Source of the DNA: Asterias rubens
Lineage: Eukaryota
DNA length: 64,000 nucleotides
Direction: 5' to 3'
Assembly: GCF_902459465.1 (NCBI RefSeq)
Contig: NC_047079.1
Coordinates: forward strand, 186,001-250,000
The notes under the pieces were generated by a model, which saw nothing but the letters and a program-made list of their open reading frames with translations, was not told the DNA's origin and searched no databases. Positions 38,168 through 50,208 of the stretch are shown in pieces. A program made the translations under genes and the position numbers. Positions within the stretch are counted from its first letter, which is position 1. Every line of letters begins with the position of its first letter.

Positions 38168-41100
38168 TCAAGGACTCTTGCCATCCATATTCTTCATAAA
38201 TTCCTTAAAGTTCATCCATTCAAACTCAGTCATGACTTTATTCAGGGCATATATTTCAAGCCTCTGTCGTTGCTTTAATGCCACTGCCTGATCTCGCTGG
38301 AGTTGCTGTTCTGTCTTTCGTGCTTCATCCCTTTGTTGCTGAACTTTCTTTTTTACCTTCTCCTCCATACCCGAGAGCCGCTCACGGACAGTTCGCTGAC
38401 TCTGAAAATAAAATACCAGCCAGTAATTATAATATTTATATTAAAATTAAACATCAGAGTTATGTAGAGGATTGTAAAACAGATCAAAGCTTGTTTGATA
38501 ACCTTGTATAAAAGAAAAGAAAACCTTTCCCAGGTCATCAATAAAAAATTAAAAAATAACTGTGTAAAGAAGTGAAGAAGAATGCATTACATAATTAGTA
38601 ATGGTAATGAATGAATACAAAAACTTAAGTTTGGTTGTCAATCTAAAAGTAGTAAACTTTATAAACTGGGAATGATGTCCAAATACTTCCGGCGAGAATC
38701 TTTTTTTAAATTTCATCGATATCCAGTTTCTCGTTTCATTTTGTCAAGTAGAAGCTTTATGCTCAAATGAAACAACAAATTGGACACAATAAGGCAATTT
38801 TAATAAATACACTATGTCATCTGAGATTGCCTGGAACTGGTTGTCTGTAAGTTGCAACATGTGACATGTACTTTAAGATTTCTTGCAAATGTGACCAATG
38901 ACCTGTATATGTCACAAGTTGGTTGGATTGTGTTTTTATTATACTTGATTGATGACAACTTCTCAAGGTTTGCTAGTTCCGTTTGAAGTACCGAACATGA
39001 TTAAATATTCCAGTCTCACTTGAAACAAAACATTGTTGTTTAGTAAAGTAAATTTGTTTTGATAATATTACATGAATCTTCATTTAATCTCCATTCATAA
39101 ATACCTCAGACAGTTTCGCTATTCCTATTGGTGGAGAGCGCGTCACGTGGGTGTGTATAAACATTTGTTAATGACCAGTAAAAAGTGTTGAAACATGGGC
39201 GTGACACGCGAGCTTGCACCTGTGCTAATAAGACAGTTTCTTTTTTATTCCTATTGGTCGAGAGCAATGGCCGGGACAGTTGTATCACATCATGAGATAC
39301 TCGCGACGAGCACAGCATTCCCTTATAAGGAGTTGTTTACCCGAGGGCCTAACCATTTCTCAGCTGGAGGGGTGTTGTGTTGAAAGAAATCATTGAAAAA
39401 TTATAATTTTTGCATTTATTTTACCTTTTGATGTTTTTTGACCAAAAAGGTATGAATGGGAATCAAAGTGTGTTGAATCGGTTTTTAACTAGTGGTTTAA
39501 ACCTGCCGAGGCCTGGTTCTTGATAATTTACTTCAACTTTGTCTTAGTAAAATTATCAAGAATCAGGCCTTGTTGGGTTTAAACCACTAGTTGAAAACCT
39601 CTTTACCACACATTGATTCCCTTATTATAAAAAGTTTCTCAATGTAAAAAAGAAAAACCAGTACCTACCCTTAGGTCTGTCATTGATGGAATGTACTGAT
39701 AATTCTGTAACATCTGAGGGGTTGGAGTACCAGGGGGAGCACAAGGTAGAATACATCCAAGCTCCCGAAGGTTACCAGACTGCTTCTCAGACAGGAATAC
39801 CTTAGTAACCTTTGACACGTCGTCCCTTCCTCTATGATGACCTGCATGAAGTCCTCCACCTACTCCTGGTATTCTAGGAGATACTCTACTGCCATACATA
39901 ACTGGATCATGTTCAACAGTTTCTAGAAGTTTTGACCCAATTGTCTCAGATGATATTTTATTGAATGAGTTTATTATTTTCATGTTGTAGTCCTTTTCTT
40001 CTTTGTTGGGTTTGACAGTCTTTTTGTTCTCTGAATCACATTTGTTATATCTGGAGCTGTAAATCTCAACCTTCTTAGGTTCAACAACTACAGGCACAGT
40101 GAGTAGCAATGAACCAATTGAGTTGTCTTGTAGAGGACCTCCTCTATTCTGGGGAGCCTGAGACCCACTTGGATGCTTTGCATCATGAGAATGTCTGTGA
40201 GTTGACTGACTCCTGGATTTGGCTCTGGATTGTCTTTTCTTTTTCTTTGTTGTTTTTTTCTTACGAAGTTTTGAAGAAACAGGATGATCTGTTGATGAGT
40301 AAATTGGAAAGATCCTGGTTTTAAATCATAGACACTGGATGAATGTTACAAAGGAAGAGCAATTCAAAGTATCGTTGACCCTGTGAGGGCATGTTTTAAC
40401 TGTGATGCAAAATGTTTTAAACTAGACAAATATATATGCTTTAGCAATGCAAAGTTATGAGTTTGAATTCCAGCCGAATGATAATTCACAGAACTTGGGA
40501 AAGTACAGTGCTTACCTGGTAGTACACATCAGTGCAAGGGTAATAACAAATTATAAATTTTATACTTTATTGTATGGTAATTTTTCAGGGTGAGTGATAT
40601 TGGTATAAAAGGGATTCTGAAAGTAACGAACGAGGCGAGCCACATCACATCTGAATGGGCAAGAGAAAAACTTACCAATGTGAGATTGTGAGATATAAAA
40701 AATGTTGAGCAAAAAGATTAAATAAATGTTTTCACACATTTCTAGTATGAAATTAATGTATGAGGAACATAGTATTTCAGTTATTTTGATACAATTAATA
40801 CAAATAATAATTATTGTAAACATTTCAAAACAGAGATTTGGTTTACCTGCAACATAAACTTGTATCATTTCATCGGAACGAGCACGATTTTGTTCTTCTC
40901 TGTCTCCAACTGAATTCCCTGGCAATATGGAATTAAAACCAGCTGGAACCTGGGTATCCACCAAGCTTTTATTACATGTTATATGATGATCACAGAGTCT
41001 TGGTTGGTCATTCTCCACCGAGTGCAATGGAGCAACAAGTTCTCTACTGTTAGTCATTGTACTGCTGGATGATTTACCACTTAAAGTTGCTGGACTTTTT

Positions 41101-41534
41101 GTCTTACTGCTTTGAGTCAGACCAAATGCCCTGGTCTTTGCACTTCGTGATAATTTATGAAGAGCTCGAAAGTTTGGAAACATGCTGTTCCTCAATGCTT
41201 GATGCTGAAAGCTCCCAACAAATGTCTCATCGCTTTGTTTTTCTGCAACTTTCTGTGTTTGCAGGAGTAAAGGAGTGTCAGATGACACAAAGGACCGCTG
41301 GCTTGGACTGATTGGTATTTCAGGTAAAGAACATGTGCGGCTGTGGCTGGGTGATGTCTTCCTGCCTTCATTCTGAACTTTCTTGTATATCACAGATGCA
41401 GACGTACTGGTATTGTGTCTTGGGATTGAAGCGGATATAAGCCTTGTTGTAGTAGCTTGACGACTGCTTGATGCACTGCCATAACATGCCACAGATTCAA
41501 TCATCATAGGACGGCTACACAATGTCAGGGACAT
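38168..41534 (-). CDS. Long Ser/Lys-rich, probably disordered protein (~513 aa) with C-terminal small vasohibin-binding protein (SVBP/CCDC23)-like domain
   Basis: Exons 41534-40847, 40288-39669, 38401-38168 (688+620+234 = 1542 nt, phases 1 and 0). The last exon encodes LKQRQRLEIYALNKVMTEFEWMNFKEFMKNM, versus human SVBP [31 protein letters not shown] (recalled). The exon 2 acceptor (caacag|AT at 40288) was chosen to keep frame. Confidence 0.75.
39093..39623 (+). mobile_element. Interspersed element with asymmetric inverted repeat and long 3' palindrome (Helentron/DINE-like); other copies 30146-30515 and ~37470-37938
   Basis: The 5' ATTCATAAATACC is mirrored by a subterminal GGTATTTATGAA in the 30146 and 37470 copies (degenerate here), followed by a ~150-bp imperfect palindrome at ~39458-39621. 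Confidence 0.65.
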
Positions 41535-41555
41535 TGTTAAAGATAATCAAGGAAC

Positions 41556-42690
41556 CTGTCAATTTTAAAGCAAAGACAGAATTACGATAATGAAATTGAA
41601 ACAAACTACAAATTACAATGTTATGATCACGTGCTACTTCTGCAATTGTTTTGGCCACTGCACTTTGCTGCGGAAAAACTGGATTCTGACCTCACTAGTC
41701 ATTACTAATTACTTCCTTATAAATAATTTGTTTCAAATAAAATATCTCAACTGATTTTTATAAATGGTGAAATGTGTAACTTTAGTGTAGATTACGGAAA
41801 AGTTTCCGTATGGCGCCACCACCTTTTCACTAATTTTTACAAAAAAGGATATCTCATTGAGGTAAATTAGATACTATATTATTTCATATCGAATGAAAAA
41901 GTGGTAACGCCATACGGAAACTTTTCCAAATAAATACATACCGCTTTATTATCCGAGTTCTACTCTACTAGACAAGTGATTATCGTATACAGTTTCATGG
42001 TTCCATTTGTCATGTTTATCAGTTGTAATCCACACGGTGGTGTAAATGATATCGTTTCATGGACACGCAACACTAGACACACACACGTAACTCAATCATC
42101 CCACCCAATCGAAATCTTCACCACACAACAAAAACTAAACTGCAGAAGCGGTATTATTGTTGTTTAGGAAATTTGCATACAGAGGTGTGTGTGTACCATA
42201 ACTCTATGTGTGTACAAAGCACAGCCTGGCTGCCCCACACCACCACAGACTGCACATACAGAGAGGCCGGCGCTCGACCTGTGATCGTAAACAATCGCGT
42301 TACTGTTGCTTAGACACTGACGTCAAAACTACAAAACTTGTCTTATAAAAAACACTATATTGGAAAGAAAATATACTATTAAAATAATTTTAATAAATGT
42401 TGATCACTTCAAATTATTTTAATACAATTATAAGCGTTCTTTAGTTTGAAATACACGTTAATTTTATATATTGAGTTGTACAGTAGCTTAAAAGGATCAT
42501 TTGTTTTGCGCCTGCGCATACATCGACACAGCACATGTGTGAAAATGCCATGCGTGTGTGTAGATACGTAGAACTTACGCTCAATTCAGCAATTGGCAAT
42601 TGTTACATGCGTGTAGTGTGTAGTATTTACACGAATGTACGACGAAGGAATCGCTGAACAGAAATAACTTACAGAAATAACTTAAACAAG
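41556..42690. promoter_or_regulatory. Probable bidirectional promoter region of the SVBP-domain gene (-) and NIP7 (+)
   Basis: Divergent start codons 1157 bp apart (41534 and 42691). Confidence 0.55.
41796..41927. mobile_element. MITE family E copy
   Basis: Same TIR and length as 12546-12677. Confidence 0.88.
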
Positions 42691-45600
42691 ATGAGGCCGC
42701 TCACTGAAGAGGAGACCAAATTAGTTTTTGAAAAATTGTCAAAATAGTGAGTAGTTTTTAATCTTGAATTGAATACATAAACATTAATTAGGCAAATTAG
42801 GCCTAATAATTATAGTACAATAAAAATAAAAACAGTCAGAGTGTGTTTACTTGTTTGCATGCAGTCAACAATGGCAGCAAGCAGTTAGTGTCGTGAGTAG
42901 ATTAGGAATAGACAACTCAACCAGTGTCATTGTCAACGGTTTAGACAGCTCGACCGTTCGTAGCCCCACTTCACTTGTGTGGCCAAGGCTAGCCTACCAC
43001 ACAACACAACACAAGTGGGGCTAGACCATTCGGACAACCGGTTACTTCGGCACCTTGCTAACTCGGCACCGGTATTCGGTAAACTCGGCACCTGCAAACT
43101 CGGCACTTACCTTGTCAACTCGGCACCTACAACTCGGTGGGGGGGGGGGTTAGGGTTAGGATTAGGATTTACAGGAAATTCTTGTAAACTTGCAGTAACG
43201 GAGGTCCGTTCGGTTCAACCTTCGGCTTGTCTTGGCCATCCGTCAAGTTGTCCTTGTTGTCTGAACCGTCGAGTTGTCTGAACATGCTGAACCATCGAGT
43301 TGTCCGTCGAACGAGTTATCTGACATCAAACTATTAAGGCTCCCCTGTGAGCCTTATATTAAACGGCGGGGCCTAAAATGTTGCGCTCCTTAATGTTATA
43401 CGATTTCGACAAAATCCTTGTTGTTAAACAAAAAATTATTGGTGAACATTTTATGGTCGTTTGCCATCAATAACCTCATCAATAACTTTACCCACACACC
43501 TATTATACATATGTACATTCATTATAAGCAAGATCACCATTGGAAGCTGTTGTTTTAGGGCCAGTCATAAAGAAGTAAGTTTGTAGAGCGAAGATTGCGA
43601 GTTCGCACTAATAGTGAGAGAATTTCTTTGAGATAGGGAGGAGCCCTGCCATTCTGAGTTTTCCAGGCGAGAACAAAATATTTTGGATTTTATTCTTTGC
43701 CAGACTGGGAGCCAGTGAAGTTGTTTCAATACAGTTGTGATGTGATCGTACAAATGTGTTTTAGATAATACGCGAGCAGCAGCGTTCTGGACATTAGCAC
43801 TTTTGTGATAAGATTCTTGTTTAAATACCATAAAGCAATTCGTTTCCATTATCAAGCTTGGATGTAATGAAAGCATGTATAATGGTAGAGGCAGACTTTT
43901 CTTTGAGGATATTACGAATGCTGCTAATATTTCTATTATTGTAAAAAGCAGATTAACAAATTTTCGTCACATGGGATTCCATGCACATAGTTTTATCCAT
44001 CATGATCCCCAGATTGGGGTCCTACTACTTGCCGTCAACTCGCCGTCAACTCACTAGCGCCGTCAACTCGCCGTCAACTCCTCCAATATACATTTAAAAT
44101 CCACAAAAGAAGCATAGAACTGTAAAGTATCAGCTCAAAGAGAATTCGCGAAAGTTTTAGGTCATATTTCGGAATAAAAATTGAGTTTTTTTGTCGTGAA
44201 AAAATTATCTCGAAACAGCAAAACCGTCGGCCGCCATCTTGCTTTTTCACATTGATTAGTCTTGGCCCAAGATGTCAATGATTGGTACTTTTTTTTTATC
44301 AACACAAAGTCGTTTTTGTGAATGAATTTTTACCGAAAACCATGAGAAATATGTAGTTTAGCCCAGATTTAACACTTCCGTGTCCCATTTATACATTTTT
44401 CATGTAAATTTAATGAGTTGACGGCACGAAAATGAGTTGACGGCAAGTCGGCGAGTTGACGGCAAGTAGTAGGACCGCCAGATTGTGGGCATTTGCAGAT
44501 GATGTTACAGTAGCAGTGCCAATTTGCATCCTGGTCATGCTGGTGATTGATTATTTTGTCTTGGTACAGGTACTTTTACATGTCAAAAATCTTCACTATA
44601 TATCGTCATATTGGCGATATTTACCCGACAATATATTGCCAGTCAAAGTTTTCAATATCGTCCAGGGTTACCTATTAATTATAGGAACAGTTATGTAAAT
44701 AATTGAATTATTCAACTTTCTTGGTTGGATAGACAGATGTAACAATTTATGCATAGTTAAATTTTAAACTTGTTTTAATGTTCTTGTTTTTTGCAGTATT
44801 GGAGAGAATGTAAGGATGTTGATTGATAGACCAGATGGAACATATTGCTTTAGGTTTCACAGAGAAAGAGTCTACTATGTCAGGTATGGTAGTAAAGTAA
44901 CTGAAAGACTCTGTCAACTCCAATTAACTACATTTGTACATGTTTTTCTGCTTCTTTGGTTCCCTTGACCCTCCAAGATCTTCCATGCAGCTGCATGCTC
45001 AAACAACAGGTTCTGTCCTCAGGACGAGCGTTTGTATACAATGTCTTAAAGCACCTACTATTGAATGGATTTGTATATGGTTAGGCAAACAAACGTGTAT
45101 ATTTTGGCCAGCAGTATGATATCTTGTGATGAATGCAGGACACAGTGAGCCCTCCTATTGGTTGATTATTATGTTAATGGTTTGTACAATTTTTGTGTTA
45201 TATGATTGCAAACTTGCAGTACAAGTCAGTGTGGTTCATGCATCTTACTATAATTTGTATTCACCTGTTAAAACTCAGGCAGTTTATCAATTCAACTGAT
45301 TTGTCAACATTAAAGAGGGGGATACTTATACTTTGAATCAAGCAGAATGACTAGAAGAAAAAGTGAATTTGATATGTGTCTGTTTCTTGTGATCTGACTA
45401 GCCAAGACATCATGAAGCGTGCAGCCAGTGTGAGTAGAAAGCAGTTGGTCAGTATGGGGACATGTTTTGGAAAGGTCTCAAAGTCAATGAAGTTTCATCT
45501 GAACATTACTGCCCTGGACTTCCTGGCTCCATATGCAAAGGTACATAAATCAAGAAAACATTTTCCTTTTAGACAAAAACAGTGGCTTTCTTAATCCAGT

Positions 45601-48493
45601 TGGTACTGACTGTTTTATTTCTGATGGAAAAGGCAAACAAAATTTGAAGGTAGAATATTTCTGTTTAAATGAAACCATGACAAAATGGTTTTAAGACACT
45701 ATTGGTAATTGTCAATGACCAGTCTTCTCACTTGGTGTATCTCAACATATGCATAACAAACCTGTGAAAATTTGAGCTCAGTTGGTGGTTGAAGTTGCGA
45801 GATAATAATGAAAGTTTAAACGACCTTCTCTCACTAAGTTGTGTGCTTTCAGATGTTTGATTTCGAGACCTCAAAATCTAATTTTGAGGTCTCAAAATCA
45901 AATTCTTGAAAATTACTTCTTTCTCGAAAACTATGTTCTTCAGAGGGAGCCGTTTCTCACAATGTTTTATACTATCAACACCTCCCATTACTAGTTACCA
46001 AGTAAGGTTTTATGCCAGTAAAACTGCCTACCTCAAAAATCTTCTCTTCGTTTATCATCGCGACAGCTGACTCCGTAAACTGTACGACGCAACAACACTT
46101 ACTCCCACCATCTGTAAGAAAGTGGTTGGTCAGGGTGCCTTTGGTTATAGCGGTCCCCACCTATGGAACAAACTCCCTACAGAAATCCACTAGTCTGGCT
46201 CAATCATGACATTCAAAAACTGTTGAAGACTGAACTGTTCAGAGCCCGCTAGTTTGTTTTTTGTTAGTTTTCTATTTGTTCAGCACCTTGATCTAGTGCC
46301 TAGGATATGTGTGATTTATAAGCACTTTGTATTATTGTATTATTATTAATAAATAGTTAAAGTAACTACCAATAGAGTCCAGTGCCTTTAAATAAAAACA
46401 AACAAACATGGTGGTCTTTAAAAATTCAGATTAACAGGCTTTTTGTCTTAAAGAAAACTTGCAATTAAGCCCTCTTTGTTCAGTGTTACTTAGCTGTATT
46501 TGTGTATGAGGACACAACCTCCTTAGTCAAGTGATTGAGAAGCAGCATTGGTCATTAAATCAATGCCCTTCATCCCAAAACTATTTGTCTAAAGAGCCAC
46601 CATTGTAAGGAAAGTGAGGAGGGCAAAATGCCCGAAAAGTTGAATGCCTGATGTACAGTTAACATGCAATTAAAAGATTTTAAACTTTATAAATTGGCAT
46701 TTACTAACAAATTTGTTCACGGTGACTCAAAGTTTGATGTTTGTTTTTGTTTTATTTCTAGTATAAGGTGTGGGTGAAGCCAGGGTCAGAACAGTCATTT
46801 TTGTATGGTAATCATGTATCAAAGGCTGGCCTTGGTCGTATCACAGAGAATGCAGGACGCTATCAAGGAGTTGTGGTTTACTCAATGGCAGATATTCCAC
46901 TGGTAAGTACATGTAGGTGATCACTACCATCTGGTCATTGACTAGGTTGAATACCATGATTCTAATCAGGGCTTAAGGCCAAGTCACACTGCAGCAATAA
47001 TGAAAACGATAATGATCACGATGCAAGGAGAACACATTCTAGTGGTTGAAATGCTCCACGCAGAATACACCCATGATCATTCAACCAATCGAGGGCATGC
47101 ATCCTTAACATTCTCGTTTTCGTTCTCATCATCGAGGCCTGTGTGTGACCGGGCCTTAACTCAGGACCAATCCCACGCTGATTAATGAAGCTAAGAGGAG
47201 GTAGAGCTTGAGCTTTACTTAAAGCAGATGTGCAGTCAGTGACTATAATGACAAGATGCTAAAGATACTGTTGCGACTTCACATGGTTTGGGGCAGGCTG
47301 TTTGTAGATCACCTATGGACCACCCAAACGAGGCACCATTGTGCTCAACACATTGCTTCATTGGAAAAAATTGTAGATCACAGAACTTGCAGCACTTTGG
47401 CTTTACTGTTTGGTTATCTAGGATCTAAGGAATACAAGGAGGCAACTTTTAGCCGAAACATGATTTTCTATGTGCAGTTTTTTTACTTTGCCTGAATTCG
47501 GGGGTTAGTAGCCCTTCCCCCTCCAAACTTTCTGCAAGTGTTTCAAATCCAACCCCAGTTGTGATTGATTAAGTCATACAAACCAGTGGTCAATGGTACA
47601 CATGTATCAAAGGCCTTGGTTCCAAGTTGACATCTTACAATATAAGAGGTAACAATTTGTAGTAATTCTTGCAAGTGAGTCACCTCTTTTGGAAGGAGTC
47701 ATGGCTCTAAGAATAGCTTTTGGTTTGTTCTTGACATTTCCAACCGTCTACTCTGCTTGTCTTCAGGAGCAGAGGAACAATGTTTGAAATGTCGAGAACA
47801 ACCCAAACTGGAAGATTGACTAGAAGTAGTCACTTCTTGTAATCATAATTCAAACCATACAACAGTACAAAACGTTTCAAATGTATCCATTTCCATACTT
47901 TACATCTTTTCTGAACACTCAATTTTTGCATTACACTGTTGATCTCTCTTTCTCTGAATTTGTTATTCATTTATCAAGGCTTTTTTAATAGAAGTAGCAT
48001 TTCCATTTCAAATTTTAAATTCAAATGTTGATGCCCACGAGCAACTTTTCACCCTTTGTGATGAATTTTTGTTTTCTTTTTGGGTTTTTTATCTTAATTT
48101 TTGTGTTTTGAATGCTTTTCAAATTGTAAATTCCAATCGCAATCGGTCTTTGGATCGCCAATTTTTGAATGGTTTTAAATCAACCAGAAACCATGCAAAA
48201 CTTCTAATTTCACTTGTCTTCCCAACGTGTTAAAATGTGTACTTTGTCACTTCCAACTGAGTCAACAGTGTGACCAGCCCTCAACCTTGTCATTATCATT
48301 CAATGAAGACCGAATCATGCACTGTTTGTTCCTAATAACAATAGTGTGATTTAACTTGTTTCTTTGACTGCAGGGTTTCGGAGTAACAGCCAAATCAACA
48401 CAGGAATGTAGACATGCAGATCCAATGACAATAGTAGTCTTCCATCAAGCCGATGTTGGACAATATCTCAGAAATGAAGATACATTACTCTGA
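42691..48493 (+). CDS. NIP7: 60S ribosome subunit biogenesis protein NIP7 homolog, 180 aa
   Basis: Exons 42691-42746, 44797-44883, 45402-45540, 46762-46902, 48374-48493 = 543 nt. [48 protein letters not shown]...[19 protein letters not shown]...[15 protein letters not shown]...[19 protein letters not shown]. Same length as human NIP7. Confidence 0.97.
42905..43330. repeat. Element with AACTCGGCACC and GAGTTGTC short repeats and a GGGTTAGGGTTAGG tract
   Basis: Five or more aactcggcac repeats (43040-43140) and inverted gacaactc/gagttgtc motifs at the ends. Confidence 0.55.
43560..43900 (-). mobile_element. L2-group LINE RT C-terminal fragment (NIP7 intron 1)
   Basis: [38 protein letters not shown] is the typical L2/CR1 C-terminal motif. 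Confidence 0.75.
44017..44477. mobile_element. MITE with 8-bp TSD and subterminal GCCGTCAACTC repeats (NIP7 intron 1); partial relative at ~20575-20790
   Basis: TIR GGTCCTACTACTTGCCGTCAACTCGCCG; TSD CCAGATTG at 44009-44016 and 44478-44485. Confidence 0.85.
45695..46387. mobile_element. MITE family A copy carrying a nested L2 fragment (NIP7 intron 3)
   Basis: Family A sequence from 45695, interrupted at ~46017-46346, ending CCAGTGCCT|TTAA. Confidence 0.75.
46017..46346 (+). mobile_element. L2-group LINE 3' fragment nested in a TTAA MITE
   Basis: [17 protein letters not shown]...MTFK...KTELF with a (TAT)n tail, interrupting the MITE sequence aaggttttatgc|taataa. Confidence 0.65.
46978..47155. 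mobile_element. TTAA-flanked MITE (GGCC...GGCC) in NIP7 intron 4
   Basis: TTAA|GGCCAAGTCACAC...GTGTGACCGGGCC|TTAA. Confidence 0.65.
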
Positions 48494-49296
48494 GCTGAGA
48501 CAATTCATTATTCATATATCTACACTCAGACCGTGTCCGAATTGGTGAATACAGCTACTGCTGGATCCCTCCATCATCATATATTGAAGTATAGGACATT
48601 CTTAGCAACAGAACACCCTCAAAAAACAGTTATATTCAAAGAAGCCAGTTCGGATACAGCCTAGACGTGATGATGTAGAACACCAATCACAGAATGAAAT
48701 GTGAGAGTCTATTTTATGGGTCCAACGAGAAGTATTGTTACTGGGTGGAGAGCAGTGTTATGTGGCAAGGGATAGTGTCTTCAACTTATGTATAAAGGAA
48801 ATCAACCAAGAAGAAGCATTACATCGTTATATTGCCGCTGTAAATGAAGGTCAAACACAGAGGAAGTTCATAATAAATCCAACCATCTGTGTTTTATTGT
48901 GTATCCTTTAATAAGATAGCCCACTATCATCAGCAACATTGCCCAATAAAACATGCAAAATCTTGTTGCTAGGAATTTTGATTTCTGCTGAAAACACGAT
49001 GGTTGGCTAGTAGTTCCAATGTTTTTACTAATATTTTGCTAACCAGAATTTGGTTACCAACCAAACTGCTATGTCACATGTACAATTTGTGATCGATATC
49101 CTGCTCATTTTTGCTAAGCAGAAAATTCTTAAGCAATATTTTCTGGTTAAGCAGTTTTCTGAAATTGGGTCTTCCCACCTTCAAAGTTACCAGGTTGGTT
49201 CCTGTTGCTATTTAATTGATAAGACATTAACAGTAGCAAGCCCTCATCAGAGTTCATCACACTCGTAAACAACTTTTTAGAAAAACAATTCCTTAA

Positions 49297-50208
49297 AGGA
49301 CTATTACAGAATTTTTTTGAAAAAAAAATTGGTCTAAAGATAACAGATTTACACAAAACTTATTTGGTCTAATGATGATAGTAGAAAACATCCCTTGGGA
49401 TTTTTCTGTTTGATGAGAAATAAATAAAACTAATTTTCTGTTTGGAGTTTAGCGCTCAGTGAATTTTTTTTCTTCATTTTATTTGGATCGATGTCATGCA
49501 CAATGTGTAATCGGTTTTTCTTGTGACCTAGATGGCCGATGGATCTCAAACTGAGGTTTATCAGTGCTTACACTGCCAGGAACTGTTTTGTTAATAGCAA
49601 AATCAATTCTGTAAAGTTCCTTTAAAGATATGTAATAAGACTCGATGTATCTACATAAGCAATGTCTTACAAAATTACTTGAATTGAATTTGAGACTTGG
49701 CTGAGGTCTCTAATATTCAAGCATCTAAAAGCACACAAGTTGTGTGTCAAGGTTTTTTTTCTTTCTTTTTTTTCTCTCGCAACTTTGATGACAAATTGAG
49801 TTCAAATATTTACAGGTTTGTCATTTGATGCTTATGTTGAGATAAACCAAGTTTAAAAGGAACATTATGCCTTGGATCGGTCGAGTTGGTCTTTGAAAAG
49901 CGTTTGTAACCGTTTGTTATAAAATGCATATGATTGGAAAGATATTTTAAAAGTAGAATATAATGATGTACACAAGTATCACTCGAAACTGCATGGTTTT
50001 CCTTTTACCTCGTCGACAAACACGGTCGGCCATTTTTGGGAGTCAAATTTTTGACTTCCAAAAGTGGCTGACTGTGTTAGTTTGCAAAATACAAGGAAAA
50101 CCGCGCAATTTCGAGGCAAATGTGTGTGGAACATTGTATTCTACTTTTTAAACATCTTACAAATACTTTTCAAAGACCAACTCGACTTATCTAAGGCAAC
50201 ATGTTCCT
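49297..50208. mobile_element. Stack of three TTAA-flanked MITEs (49297-49621; family A fragment 49626-49852; family B 49857-50208)
   Basis: TTAA at 49293, 49622, 49853 and 50209 separates recognisable family segments. Confidence 0.7.

Noticed and set aside
40560-40846. C-terminal part of the 324-aa ORF (KPNLCFEMF...)
   Set aside because: AT-rich intron read-through after the CAG|GTAAAC donor at 40847.
43147-43166. GGGTTAGGGTTAGG telomere-like tract
   Set aside because: Only about two perfect units, embedded in an interspersed repeat; not an interstitial telomere.
48700-48800. Faint Tc1-like peptide (SNEK...SSVMWQGI) downstream of NIP7
   Set aside because: Too short and degenerate to distinguish from chance without a profile search.
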